IMG/VR virus record: IMGVR_UViG_3300027668_000010
Location: 1-64,000 of that record
Direction: 5' to 3' (one strand)
From: a virus
DNA: 64,000 nt
Below, piece after piece: positions 8,201 through 16,971 of the stretch (position 1 is the first letter of the stretch; every line of letters begins with the position of its first letter). The position numbers and the translations under genes were made by a program. The notes beneath the pieces were generated by a model that saw only the letters and a program-made list of their open reading frames with translations, ran no database searches and had not been told where the DNA came from.

Positions 8201-11177
8201 TCTATTCTCAGTAAATGATATATCTGGTATTCCGATTTTTGAAGTATTCTCTGATAATACAGTTAAAATAGGAACTCATAATCAAGAAGGTATTGTAGTA
8301 ACTGGGAGTAATATAGTAATAACAGGTTCATTATTTGTTAGTGGTTCATTATATGGAGATGGTTCTCAACTAACCTCTCTTCCAACCCAAACTGCAAATG
8401 ATTTTACAACAACATTAAAAAACAAATTAGATGCCATTGAAGCATCAGCAGATGTAACCGATGCAACTAACGTTGTTGCTGCACTTGATACATTGGGTGT
8501 AATAAGTGGCTCAACGCAATTTGATACATTAACTCTTCCATTTACAGGTTCATTTACAGGTTCATTTGCTGGAGATGGTAGTGGGTTAACTTCAGTTCCA
8601 ATTCCAAGTGGAACGATAAGTGGTTCGGCTCAATTCGATACATTAACTCTCCCATTTACAGGTTCATTCACTGGGTCTTTCTCTGGCGATGGAAGTGGGT
8701 TAACCTCTCTTCCAACTCAGACTGCAAATGACTTTACAAATACTCTAAAAAACAAATTAGATGCCATTGAAGCATCCGCAGATGTAACAGATGCAACTAA
8801 CGTTGTTGCTGCACTTGATACATTGGGTGTAATAAGTGGTTCGGCTCAAGTCTTAGCACAATTACCTGATGGAACGATAAGTGGTTCAACTCAATTCGAT
8901 ACATTAACTCTTCCATTTACAGGTTCGTTTACTGGGTCTTTCTCTGGCGATGGAAGTGGATTAACCTCTCTTCCAACCCAAACTGCAAATGATTTTACAA
9001 CAACATTAAAAAACAAATTAGATGCCATTGAAGCATCCGCAGATGTAACCGATGCAACTAATGTATTATCTTCTTTAGTTGGGAGTGAATTGGTAGTTAA
9101 AACAATAACGGCTGAAGAATATGTAGTAAGTTCATCGGTAACTCATATGACTACATCATTCAGTAGCGGCTCCACAATATTTGGTGATGATATATTAGAT
9201 ACACATCAATTTACAGGTTCATTATTTGTTAGTGGTTCAATACATAATGTTGGTAGTGTAACCTCATCATTTTTTATAGGAGATGGTTCAGCACTAACCT
9301 CACTACCTACTCAAACTGCAAATGATTTCACAACAACATTAAAAAATAAATTAGATGCGATTGAAGCATCCGCAGATGTAACAGATGCAACTAATGTAGT
9401 TGCGGCACTTGATACATTGGGTGTAATAAGTGGTTCAACACAATTCGATACATTAACCCTTCCATTTACAGGTTCATTTACTGGGTCTTTCGCTGGAGAT
9501 GCTAGTGGGTTAACTTCAGTTCCAATTCCAAGTGGTACAATAAGTGGCTCAACGCAATTCGATACATTAACACTCCCATTTACTGGGTCTTTTACAGGCT
9601 CATTTGTTGGTGATGGAAGTGGATTAACCTCTCTTCCAACCCAAACTGCTAATGACTTTACAAATACTCTAAAAAGCAAATTAGATGCAATTGAAGCATC
9701 CGCAGACGTAACCGATGCAACTAATGTAACTTCCGCAGGTGCATTAATGGATTCGGAAGTTACAAATCTAGCATTAGTAAAAGCATTAGCAAGTGGTATT
9801 TCCGATGGAAATGTTTTAACGGCTAATGATGCAGTAGCAGACGATGATTTTTTAAGAATCAACGGAACGGAAGTAGAAGGTAGAACTGTAGCTCAAGTAT
9901 TAAGTGATTTGAATGTTGAAGCTGGTGCAGATGTAACAGATGCTACTAATGTAGTAGCAGCACTTGATACATTGGGTGTAATAAGTGGTTCGGCTCAATT
10001 CGATACATTAACTCTCCCATTTACAGGTTCATTCACTGGGTCTTTTACTGGAGATGGAAGTGGGTTAACCTCTCTTCCAACTCAGACTGCAAATGACTTT
10101 ACAAATACTCTAAAAAGCAAATTAGATGCAATTGAGGCATCCGCAGACGTAACAGATGCTACTAATGTAGTAGCAGCACTTGATACGTTAGGAGTTATAA
10201 GTGGCTCAACGCAATTTGATACACTTACACTTCCATTTACAGGTTCATTTACAGGTTCATTTGTTGGTGATGGGAGTGGATTAACCTCTCTTCCAACCCA
10301 AACTGCAAATGACTTTACAAATACTCTAAAAAGCAAATTAGATGCAATTGAAGCATCAGCAGATGTAACCGATGCTACTAATGTAACCGCTGCTGGGGCA
10401 TTAATGGATTCGGAAGTTACAAATCTCGCATTAGTAAAAGCATTAGCAAGTGGTGTTTCAAATGGAAATGTTTTAGTTGCTAACGCAGCAGTAGCAGATA
10501 ATGATTTCTTAAAAATTGATGGAACATCTGTTGAAGGTAGAACTGTAGCTCAAGTATTAAGTGATTTGAATGTTGAAGCTGGTGCAGATGTAACCGATGC
10601 AGCAAATGTATTATCATCATTGCCAGCTGGGGTAGTATCATCATCAACATTTCCATTTACAGGTGATGCTCAAATCACAGGTTCATTAATACTATCGGGT
10701 TCGGCTGGTACTGTATTCGAAGTAATAGGTTCATCAGGTTCACTATTCGAAATTACTGACTCATTTGAAGGTACATTATTTTCAGTTGCAGATATATCAG
10801 GTATTCCACAATTTGGAGTAACCGATGCTGGTGTCGCAACCATTGGCTCTACACCCGTATCAATATATACAACTGCACAAATTGCATCAACCCAAGCCAC
10901 AACAAACGAATCCGTATATACGTTATCATCATCCTCATTTGATGGTGCTTGGTTTGATTATACTATAATTAGTTCTTCTAATATGAGAGCTGGAAACGTT
11001 ATGAGTATTTGGGAAGCTGGAACTACGAATATTAATTTTACAGAAACGACAACAACCGATATTGGTGATACGACAGGTGTTGTTATATCAACAGTAATCA
11101 CCGGGTCGGAAATAGCACTAAGAGTTAATACACCAACTGATAAATGGAAGATTAAAACAATCGTAAGAAGCATATAA
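5247..11177 (+). CDS. Long repetitive fibre protein (1976 aa; tail, neck or head fibre)
   Basis: Short collagen-like G-x-x run, about 15 copies of KLDAIEASADVTD and many FTGSFTGSF.GDGS.LT units. Confidence 0.8.
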   Translation: MASKKVNITNTDNKVTVTNSNNKIEVIDTNVASNIEVTRPVTTIVEVKSPGPQGAVGITGPSGSQGIQGTAGVDGGGVFTLIEGGIIYATTSSLQISGSLYVSGSYFGDGSNLTGVGGAAGTISGSAQIIAHLPVGTISGSTQFDTLTLPFTGSFTGSFAGDGSQLTSIPSQTANDFTTILKNKLDAIEASADVTDATNVLANLPAGTISSSAQLPSGIISGSTQFDTLTLPFTGSFTGSFAGDGSQLTSIPSQTANDFTTILKNKLDAIEASADVTDATNVLANLPAGTISSSAQLPSGIISGSTQFDTLTLPFTGSFTGSFIGDGSLLTSLPTQTANDFTNTLKSKLDAIEASADVTDTTNVTSAGALMDSEVSALALIKGLTAASISGSFTSVSSSIASDVATNTAKVTNVSTNLTKTTATAQITINSSDGDNVVIAEASDSIAGLMSTTHHDKLDGIEALADVTDTTNVLSSLVGSELVVKTITAEEYVVSSSVTHMTTSFSSGSTIFGDDILDTHQFTGSLFVSGSLYGDGSNLTGVGGAAGTISSSAQLPTGIISGSTQFDTLTLPFTGSFTGSFNGDGSGITGISGASDENFTSTLKNKLDGIEASSDVTDTANVLANLPAGIISGSTQFNTLTTPFTGSFTGSYFGDGSNLTGVGGAAGTISSSAQLPSGIISSSAQLPSGIISGSTQFDTLTLPFTGSFTGSFAGDGSLLTSLPTQTANDFTNTLKTKLDAIEASADVTDTANVLANLPAGIISGSTQLPIGIISGSTQFDTLTLPFTGSFTGSFAGDGSGLTSLPTQTANDFTNTLKTKLDAIEASADVTDATNVVAALDTLGVISGSAQVLAQLPDGTISGSTQFDTLTLPFTGSFTGSFVGDGSGLTSLPAQTANDFTTTLKNKLDAIEASADVTDAANVLSSLPAGVVSSSAFPLGVNITGGAIITGSTSIYRSGSIGDTTIFSVEGGLGTLFSVTDELTGSLFSVNDISGIPIFEVFSDNTVKIGTHNQEGIVVTGSNIVITGSLFVSGSLYGDGSQLTSLPTQTANDFTTTLKNKLDAIEASADVTDATNVVAALDTLGVISGSTQFDTLTLPFTGSFTGSFAGDGSGLTSVPIPSGTISGSAQFDTLTLPFTGSFTGSFSGDGSGLTSLPTQTANDFTNTLKNKLDAIEASADVTDATNVVAALDTLGVISGSAQVLAQLPDGTISGSTQFDTLTLPFTGSFTGSFSGDGSGLTSLPTQTANDFTTTLKNKLDAIEASADVTDATNVLSSLVGSELVVKTITAEEYVVSSSVTHMTTSFSSGSTIFGDDILDTHQFTGSLFVSGSIHNVGSVTSSFFIGDGSALTSLPTQTANDFTTTLKNKLDAIEASADVTDATNVVAALDTLGVISGSTQFDTLTLPFTGSFTGSFAGDASGLTSVPIPSGTISGSTQFDTLTLPFTGSFTGSFVGDGSGLTSLPTQTANDFTNTLKSKLDAIEASADVTDATNVTSAGALMDSEVTNLALVKALASGISDGNVLTANDAVADDDFLRINGTEVEGRTVAQVLSDLNVEAGADVTDATNVVAALDTLGVISGSAQFDTLTLPFTGSFTGSFTGDGSGLTSLPTQTANDFTNTLKSKLDAIEASADVTDATNVVAALDTLGVISGSTQFDTLTLPFTGSFTGSFVGDGSGLTSLPTQTANDFTNTLKSKLDAIEASADVTDATNVTAAGALMDSEVTNLALVKALASGVSNGNVLVANAAVADNDFLKIDGTSVEGRTVAQVLSDLNVEAGADVTDAANVLSSLPAGVVSSSTFPFTGDAQITGSLILSGSAGTVFEVIGSSGSLFEITDSFEGTLFSVADISGIPQFGVTDAGVATIGSTPVSIYTTAQIASTQATTNESVYTLSSSSFDGAWFDYTIISSSNMRAGNVMSIWEAGTTNINFTETTTTDIGDTTGVVISTVITGSEIALRVNTPTDKWKIKTIVRSI
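5658..6190 (+). repeat. Near-perfect 246-bp tandem duplication inside fibre gene
   Basis: Unit starts ataagtggttcaacgcaatttg at 5658, 5904 and 6150. Confidence 0.9.
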
Positions 11178-11178
11178 T

Positions 11179-11871
11179 ATGGCTATCATCAGAGGAAAAT
11201 CAATAGTAGCAGATGGGTTAGTATTACATACTGATGCTGCAAACAAAAAATCATATCCAGGCTCAGGCACAATTATAAATGATTTATCTGGAAATGAACG
11301 AAATGGTGAATTAATAAATGGAGCATCATTAGATACTGCAAATGCTGGTACTATTACATTTGATGGTACTAACGATAGAATAGTATTAAATGATACATTA
11401 GATATAGCATTCACTACACAATATTGGACTACTGATATATGGTTTAATCTTGATTCCACTTATGCTAGTTATGATGCAATGCTTGGAAATGGATACCCAT
11501 TTCAGTTGTATGCAGTTGGTGGTAAAATACAAGCATATTTATCATCAACCGCCGGCTCCGGAACTTATTTTTTAAGTGGAATGACATCTACACAAACACT
11601 ATCCACAGAAACATGGTATCATCTTTCTTTTGTTAGAGACGGAACAAATTATTACTATTATATTAATGGTGCTTTAGATAAATCAGCTACATCAAACACT
11701 AATGTATGTGCAGCAGCAAATCAAAACGCTCAAATTGGAAACTTATGGAATGTAAATGATACATATGCATGGGATGGTGAAATCGCAAACGTAAAAATCT
11801 ACAATAGAGCATTATCAGCAGCCGAATCACTTCAAAATTATAACGCAACTAAATCAAGGTTTTCATTATGA
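11179..11871 (+). CDS. LamG/ConA-like lectin domain protein 1
   Basis: IVADGLVLHTDAAN.KSYPGSG start, FDGTND, WYHL, YING, GEIANVKIYNRALS, QNYNATK end. Confidence 0.85.
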   Translation: MAIIRGKSIVADGLVLHTDAANKKSYPGSGTIINDLSGNERNGELINGASLDTANAGTITFDGTNDRIVLNDTLDIAFTTQYWTTDIWFNLDSTYASYDAMLGNGYPFQLYAVGGKIQAYLSSTAGSGTYFLSGMTSTQTLSTETWYHLSFVRDGTNYYYYINGALDKSATSNTNVCAAANQNAQIGNLWNVNDTYAWDGEIANVKIYNRALSAAESLQNYNATKSRFSL

Positions 11872-12557
11872 GTGGTATAGCGGGAAAATCAATAGTAACA
11901 GATGGGTTAGTGTTATCATTAGATGCAGCAAACCGAAAATCATATCCAGCTGCTGGAACTTCTATAACCGATTTAAGTGGTAATGGGAATAATGGTACAT
12001 TAGTAAACGGAACTGCATTCGATTCGGATAAAGTTGGAAATTTTAATTTTGATAGTACGAACGATTATATAACCCTATCAACGGCAGTATCAAATACAAT
12101 TTATACTTTAAATTTCTGGTATAAGACAGGTACAAATGATGGGTCATATGGGTATTTTTCAACTGATTCAAATAGCCCTAGAAGTAGAGGACTTGCAATA
12201 AGTGAGGGTGGAACTTTTGGAGGTCTTTCTTATGGAAAGTTTTATTATTACGATGGGGTATCAGTAAATGTATTGAACCAAACCACCTTACTAAACGTTA
12301 CCAACAAATGGTATAATATAGCAGCTGTAATTGATACTAGTAGTAATAATATTAAAGTATACATTAATGGAGTACTAGATGTAAATCAAACCATAAATGC
12401 TATGGCAACATCAGTTGATGAAATAGGAAGATGGAAATCAGGAAATGTTAATTTCCTAAATGGAAAAATGGCCTCATATAAAATATACAATAAAGCACTA
12501 ACAGCAACAGAAGTACTTCAAAACTATAACGCAACAAAAAATAGGTTCGGATTATAA
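11868..12557 (+). CDS. LamG/ConA-like lectin domain protein 2
   Basis: Same conserved termini; WYNI, YING, IYNKALT. Confidence 0.85.
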   Translation: MSGIAGKSIVTDGLVLSLDAANRKSYPAAGTSITDLSGNGNNGTLVNGTAFDSDKVGNFNFDSTNDYITLSTAVSNTIYTLNFWYKTGTNDGSYGYFSTDSNSPRSRGLAISEGGTFGGLSYGKFYYYDGVSVNVLNQTTLLNVTNKWYNIAAVIDTSSNNIKVYINGVLDVNQTINAMATSVDEIGRWKSGNVNFLNGKMASYKIYNKALTATEVLQNYNATKNRFGL

Positions 12558-12579
12558 AAATCTACCATATTTATAATAA
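12549..12579 (+). repeat. 31-bp direct repeat copy 1 containing the late-promoter box
   Basis: ggattataaaaatctaccatatttataataa; one mismatch to 18585-18615. Confidence 0.85.
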
Positions 12580-12610
12580 GTTAGTTGGATAGGGAAAACT
12601 AAAGGAAATT

Positions 12611-14119
12611 ATGGCAAATGAATTTATAATAAAGAACGGATTCCACTCTAAAGGGGATTCACAAGTATCAGGCTCACTATATGTATCAAGTTCGATAACA
12701 TCCACATTTGTTGGTGATGGAAGTGGATTAACCTCTCTTCCAACCCAAACTGCAAATGATTTTACAACAACATTAAAAAACAAATTAGATGCCATTGAAG
12801 CATCAGCAGATGTAACCGATGCTACTAATGTAGTAGCTGCACTTGATACATTGGGTGTAATAAGTGGCTCAACGCAATTTGATACACTTACACTTCCATT
12901 TACAGGTTCATTTACAGGTTCATTTGTTGGAGATGGAAGTGGGTTAACCTCTCTTCCAGCTCAGACTGCAAATGATTTTACAACAACATTAAAAAACAAA
13001 TTAGATGCCATTGAAGCATCAGCAGATGTAACCGATGCTACTAATGTAACCGCTGCTGGGGCATTAATGGATTCGGAATTAACTTCTATTGCTAATGTAA
13101 AGGCATTAAATCAATCGTTAGTGAGTGGAGCTACACCAACATTTACAACTACTAACTTTACAGATGCATCTGACAAACGGTTAATGACCAATGCACAAGA
13201 AACTAAATTAGATGCCATTGAAGCATCAGCAGATGTAACCGATGCTACTAATGTAGTAGCTGCACTTGATACATTGGGTGTAATAAGTGGCTCAACGCAA
13301 TTTGATACACTTACACTTCCATTTACAGGTTCATTTACAGGTTCATTTGTTGGAGATGGAAGTGGGTTAACCTCTCTTCCAGCAGCATTCCCATACACCG
13401 GAGATGCATTGGCTACCATTTCCGGCTCATTCGCAATCTCAAATGCATCCGGAATGATAATGCATATAACAAGCTCTGGTCCTACTCAACCCGATGGTAG
13501 AATGGATATCAACGCACAGACATCGATATATCGTTCTGGTTCTATTGGTGATACGACTATATTTAGTGTTGAAGGTGGGTTGGGTAACTTATTTACAGTA
13601 ACAGATGAACTAACAGGTTCTCTATTCTCAGTAAATGATATATCAGGTATCCCTTTGTTTGAAGTATTTTCATATGAACAAATTAAAATGGGAACGTTTG
13701 GAGCAGAGGGGTTACGTGTTAGTGGTAGTGATGCACAAACATCAGGCTCATTAGCAGTAGGACCTATTGTAAACTCAGGAATTGCTGGTAGAATTGATGC
13801 ATCAAATGATGTTGTAGCATTCTCAACCTCAGATAGAAGATGGAAAGATAATATCACACCAATTGAATCCCCATTACAAAAATTACTTGAATTAGGTGGG
13901 TATGAGTTTGATTGGCGAGAAGATAAAAAAGTACATGGTAATAAAGGACATGATGTTGGTGTTATTGCACAAGAAGTAGAATCAGTTCTACCTGAAGCAG
14001 TACAAACTCGAAGTAGTGGTATGAAAGCAGTTCGATATGAAAAAATAATACCATTATTGATAGAAACTATTAAAGAACAACAAAAACAAATTGATGAACT
14101 TAAAAATAGGATTAAGTAA
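12611..14119 (+). CDS. Fibre protein with C-terminal intramolecular chaperone (peptidase S74)
   Basis: Shares repeats with 5247-11177; C-terminal SDRRWKDNI...GVIAQEVE.VLPEAV...V.YEKIIPLLIE.IKE. Confidence 0.88.
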   Translation: MANEFIIKNGFHSKGDSQVSGSLYVSSSITSTFVGDGSGLTSLPTQTANDFTTTLKNKLDAIEASADVTDATNVVAALDTLGVISGSTQFDTLTLPFTGSFTGSFVGDGSGLTSLPAQTANDFTTTLKNKLDAIEASADVTDATNVTAAGALMDSELTSIANVKALNQSLVSGATPTFTTTNFTDASDKRLMTNAQETKLDAIEASADVTDATNVVAALDTLGVISGSTQFDTLTLPFTGSFTGSFVGDGSGLTSLPAAFPYTGDALATISGSFAISNASGMIMHITSSGPTQPDGRMDINAQTSIYRSGSIGDTTIFSVEGGLGNLFTVTDELTGSLFSVNDISGIPLFEVFSYEQIKMGTFGAEGLRVSGSDAQTSGSLAVGPIVNSGIAGRIDASNDVVAFSTSDRRWKDNITPIESPLQKLLELGGYEFDWREDKKVHGNKGHDVGVIAQEVESVLPEAVQTRSSGMKAVRYEKIIPLLIETIKEQQKQIDELKNRIK

Positions 14120-14544
14120 TGGCATTACCAGCAAGTGGAAACCCAATAAGTATCAACCAAATCAGAGCGGAGATGAGTAACCCTAATGGTTCATTAAAAG
14201 TATTATCAACAACAGATGTAAATGCTGCAAGTTCGGCTAGACCAGATGGAAATACACCACATCAACTATCAGAATTTTATTCATACGACCATTCAGCATC
14301 AAACTTAACTCGAATAGCACTATTCGGCCCAGACCAAGAAGCTGGTGAATTGTGTGGAGAAACTCCTAATACTAACTTTTATCACGATGGTGGTGGAGAC
14401 CCATTCGTTAATAGTGTCGTTTATTATCAAAACGATGATGCAAGTGGAGCAGTTGCAGAAGCGGGATTTTATATATACGGAAATGGTTCAGCTGGGATTG
14501 CAATTGGTGGGGATGGAAAAGTAGTAGGAGCATTTGATTGTTAA
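14119..14544 (+). CDS. Small fibre-associated protein (possible tip adhesin)
   Basis: MALPASG.PIS..QI..E N-terminus typical of genes following S74 fibres; translationally coupled. Confidence 0.5.
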   Translation: MALPASGNPISINQIRAEMSNPNGSLKVLSTTDVNAASSARPDGNTPHQLSEFYSYDHSASNLTRIALFGPDQEAGELCGETPNTNFYHDGGGDPFVNSVVYYQNDDASGAVAEAGFYIYGNGSAGIAIGGDGKVVGAFDC

Positions 14545-14565
14545 AATTAATTAAAAGGAAATAAT

Positions 14566-14817
14566 ATGAGTAACAATAGAGATTTTATGATATTTGATAC
14601 TTCTGAAACAGGAAGTATTGATTTTAACGATGTAGCAGAGACATCAATAGATACACTTAGAATAAATGTATCAGGTTCTAGAACATTTGTTAAATGGAAT
14701 GGTGATATACCAACATCAGTTTCTTCACTAACAACAAAAGAAGGACCATACACTCACCAACAAATTCTAACAATACTAACCGGTTCGGAATGGGCTGATA
14801 ATTCGGATATAGTATAA
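14566..14817 (+). CDS. Hypothetical protein commonly accompanying LamG virion proteins
   Basis: AAGGA SD; VAETS.DTLR...TFVKW.G..P...GPYTH.QIL.IL...EW. Confidence 0.55.
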   Translation: MSNNRDFMIFDTSETGSIDFNDVAETSIDTLRINVSGSRTFVKWNGDIPTSVSSLTTKEGPYTHQQILTILTGSEWADNSDIV

Positions 14818-15524
14818 TGGCATTTCATTATTCACCAAAAATAGTAACAGATGGGTTAGTGTTAGCATTAGATGCTGCAAACCTAAAATCATATCCAGGC
14901 TCAGGAACTGTATGGAAGGATTTATCAGTAAATAAAATCAATGGTACATTAACAAATGGGCCGACACTTGCTAGTGCAAATGCTGGTATCATTAGTTTTG
15001 ATGGGGCTAATGATTTTATTGATTTTGGGTCTATCGCTAGCACTAATCCATTATCATTATATGGAATTACTAATTTTACAATAGAGATTTGGATTAAAGC
15101 AAATGATGCAGGGGATGGATTCCAACGAATAATAGATAAAAGTTCAGGCGGCGCAGGCGCAGGAGGATGGTCTATATTTTTTGGTCATCCAGCTGGAGCT
15201 GATTCTCTATTTATAGCAGGAGGTGGTGCAACTTTGGTATCACAGACAGGCGGTGGAATTACGGATTATGGAAATTGGGTACACTATATGTTTACCAAAT
15301 CCAACAACACTCATAAAATTTATATGAATGGTGTATTTAGGAAAACTGCCAGTACTTCACAGGCTATCCCATCAACAACTACTAATTGTAGAATAGGCTC
15401 ATGGAATCACTCAACAGGAAGAGAATTAAATGGGGATATAGCATCACTTAAAATTTACACCAAAACATTTTCCCAATCTGAAGTCCTTCAAAATTATAAC
15501 GCGCTTAAAGGGAGATTTGTATAA
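14817..15524 (+). CDS. LamG/ConA-like lectin domain protein 3
   Basis: IVTDGLVLALDAAN.KSYPGSG ... EVLQNYNA. Confidence 0.85.
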   Translation: MAFHYSPKIVTDGLVLALDAANLKSYPGSGTVWKDLSVNKINGTLTNGPTLASANAGIISFDGANDFIDFGSIASTNPLSLYGITNFTIEIWIKANDAGDGFQRIIDKSSGGAGAGGWSIFFGHPAGADSLFIAGGGATLVSQTGGGITDYGNWVHYMFTKSNNTHKIYMNGVFRKTASTSQAIPSTTTNCRIGSWNHSTGRELNGDIASLKIYTKTFSQSEVLQNYNALKGRFV

Positions 15525-16234
15525 TGGGAACACATGGTGGACCAAAGATACCTACTAATGGATTGATATTAGCATTAGATGCAGGTAACAGTAAGTGTAC
15601 TGATAATGGCATAGTTGATACCGTTAGTAATATTGTAGGTGCACGTGGGATTGTATCAGGCCCATACGGCCAACCAAATACAGGCACACCTACACGACAC
15701 GGAGGGACATTCCCAGAAATAAGTGGTTCTTTTGGCGGCCATTTTGATTTTAGTGGTGGTAGGGGTATGAGAGTAGAAGAAGCATTATCAAAAGGTACTA
15801 CTATGACTCAATGTATGTGGTTTTACAATAAGACTTCTGATATTATGTACTTCGGTGATGGTAGGAATGATGCAGGAACTTATTTTTTAACTAACTATGG
15901 GGATGCAAATATAAACATTGGCCAAAAATTACGATATAAGTTTTCCAGCACTCACGCAGCCGATGACCCATTATTCCTAAATCGATGGCATTGTATGATT
16001 GTTACAAGTGATGGTAATGGTTCAAAATTATATTTAGCTGGAATAGAAGTAGATAGTTATATGTCTCAAATCTCTGTTGATGAAGATTTCGGTATAAACT
16101 ACACAATTGGTGCTAGATTCACTACACAGAACAAGTGGACTGGGTTGTTTGGGCAAATTCATTTCTATGATAGAGCACTATCCGCAATTGAAGCAAAACA
16201 ATATTACAACGCAACAAAAACGAGGTATAAATAA
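15524..16234 (+). CDS. LamG/ConA-like lectin domain protein 4 (divergent)
   Basis: GLILALDAGN, WHC, FYDRALS..E.KQYYNATK. Confidence 0.75.
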   Translation: MGTHGGPKIPTNGLILALDAGNSKCTDNGIVDTVSNIVGARGIVSGPYGQPNTGTPTRHGGTFPEISGSFGGHFDFSGGRGMRVEEALSKGTTMTQCMWFYNKTSDIMYFGDGRNDAGTYFLTNYGDANINIGQKLRYKFSSTHAADDPLFLNRWHCMIVTSDGNGSKLYLAGIEVDSYMSQISVDEDFGINYTIGARFTTQNKWTGLFGQIHFYDRALSAIEAKQYYNATKTRYK

Positions 16235-16235
16235 T

Positions 16236-16289
16236 ATGGTTATCATCAGAGGAAACTCAATAGTAGGTTCGGATTATGAAATTAGGTAA
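16236..16289 (+). pseudogene. Relic mini-ORF: start of a LamG-1-type gene fused to end of a LamG-2-type gene
   Basis: 16231-16266 matches 11174-11209 (2 mismatches in 36 bp); 16264-16277 identical to 12542-12555. Confidence 0.75.
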
Positions 16290-16971
16290 ATCAATAGTAA
16301 CAGATGGATTAGTATTCTCTGTAGATGCTGCAAATAAAAAATCATATCCTGGTAGTGGAACTGCAGTTAAAGATTTATCAGGAAATAGTGATAGTACACT
16401 AACTAATGGAACTACACATGATACTACATTTATTGGAGCTTTTGATTTTGATGGTTCTAATGATAAGATAGTTACTCCAGTAACTGCTACCAATTGGGCA
16501 GATGTTGCATTTACAATTCAATTATGGACTTCAGACTGTACACAAAATGATAGTTGTTTTGTAATGGGGGGAGATGGCGGCACAAATAATTTTGGACTTG
16601 TAGGGTTTTATTGGTCAAGTAGTAATCTAATATTTAGTTATTGGAGAACGGGGGGAGGTACTAGCAAAGGATTCCGTATGCAAGTGCCCCACGATAGAAC
16701 GGCACCTAATAATCTATGTCTGACATTTACTGGAGTTGGTGGAACTAATACCACTACAATAGTAAATAACTGTACTCTTTATTTTAATGGTATTAGTCAA
16801 ACTGTTATACATGGTGGTGGAGGTACTCCGAGCACGTCTGGAATACTAGAGTTAGGTGGAGGTAATTACCCATTAAATGGTAAAATACATAACACATTGT
16901 ATTATGATAGAGTATTAACATCCCAAGAAGTCCTTCAAAATTATAACGCAACAAAAAATAGGTTTATATAA
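16276..16971 (+). CDS. LamG/ConA-like lectin domain protein 5
   Basis: KSIVTDGLVFSVDAANKKSYPGSG ... YDRVLTSQEVLQNYNATKNRF. Confidence 0.82.
   Translation: MKLGKSIVTDGLVFSVDAANKKSYPGSGTAVKDLSGNSDSTLTNGTTHDTTFIGAFDFDGSNDKIVTPVTATNWADVAFTIQLWTSDCTQNDSCFVMGGDGGTNNFGLVGFYWSSSNLIFSYWRTGGGTSKGFRMQVPHDRTAPNNLCLTFTGVGGTNTTTIVNNCTLYFNGISQTVIHGGGGTPSTSGILELGGGNYPLNGKIHNTLYYDRVLTSQEVLQNYNATKNRFI

Noticed and set aside
5247-13400. Repeats as a CRISPR array
   Set aside because: Repeats are in-frame coding modules without unique spacers; the same applies to 28411-28900
5738-13857. Many minus-strand ORFs over the fibre genes, and others across the window
   Set aside because: They are antisense shadows of repetitive or codon-biased + strand genes, with no promoters, start signals or recognisable domains
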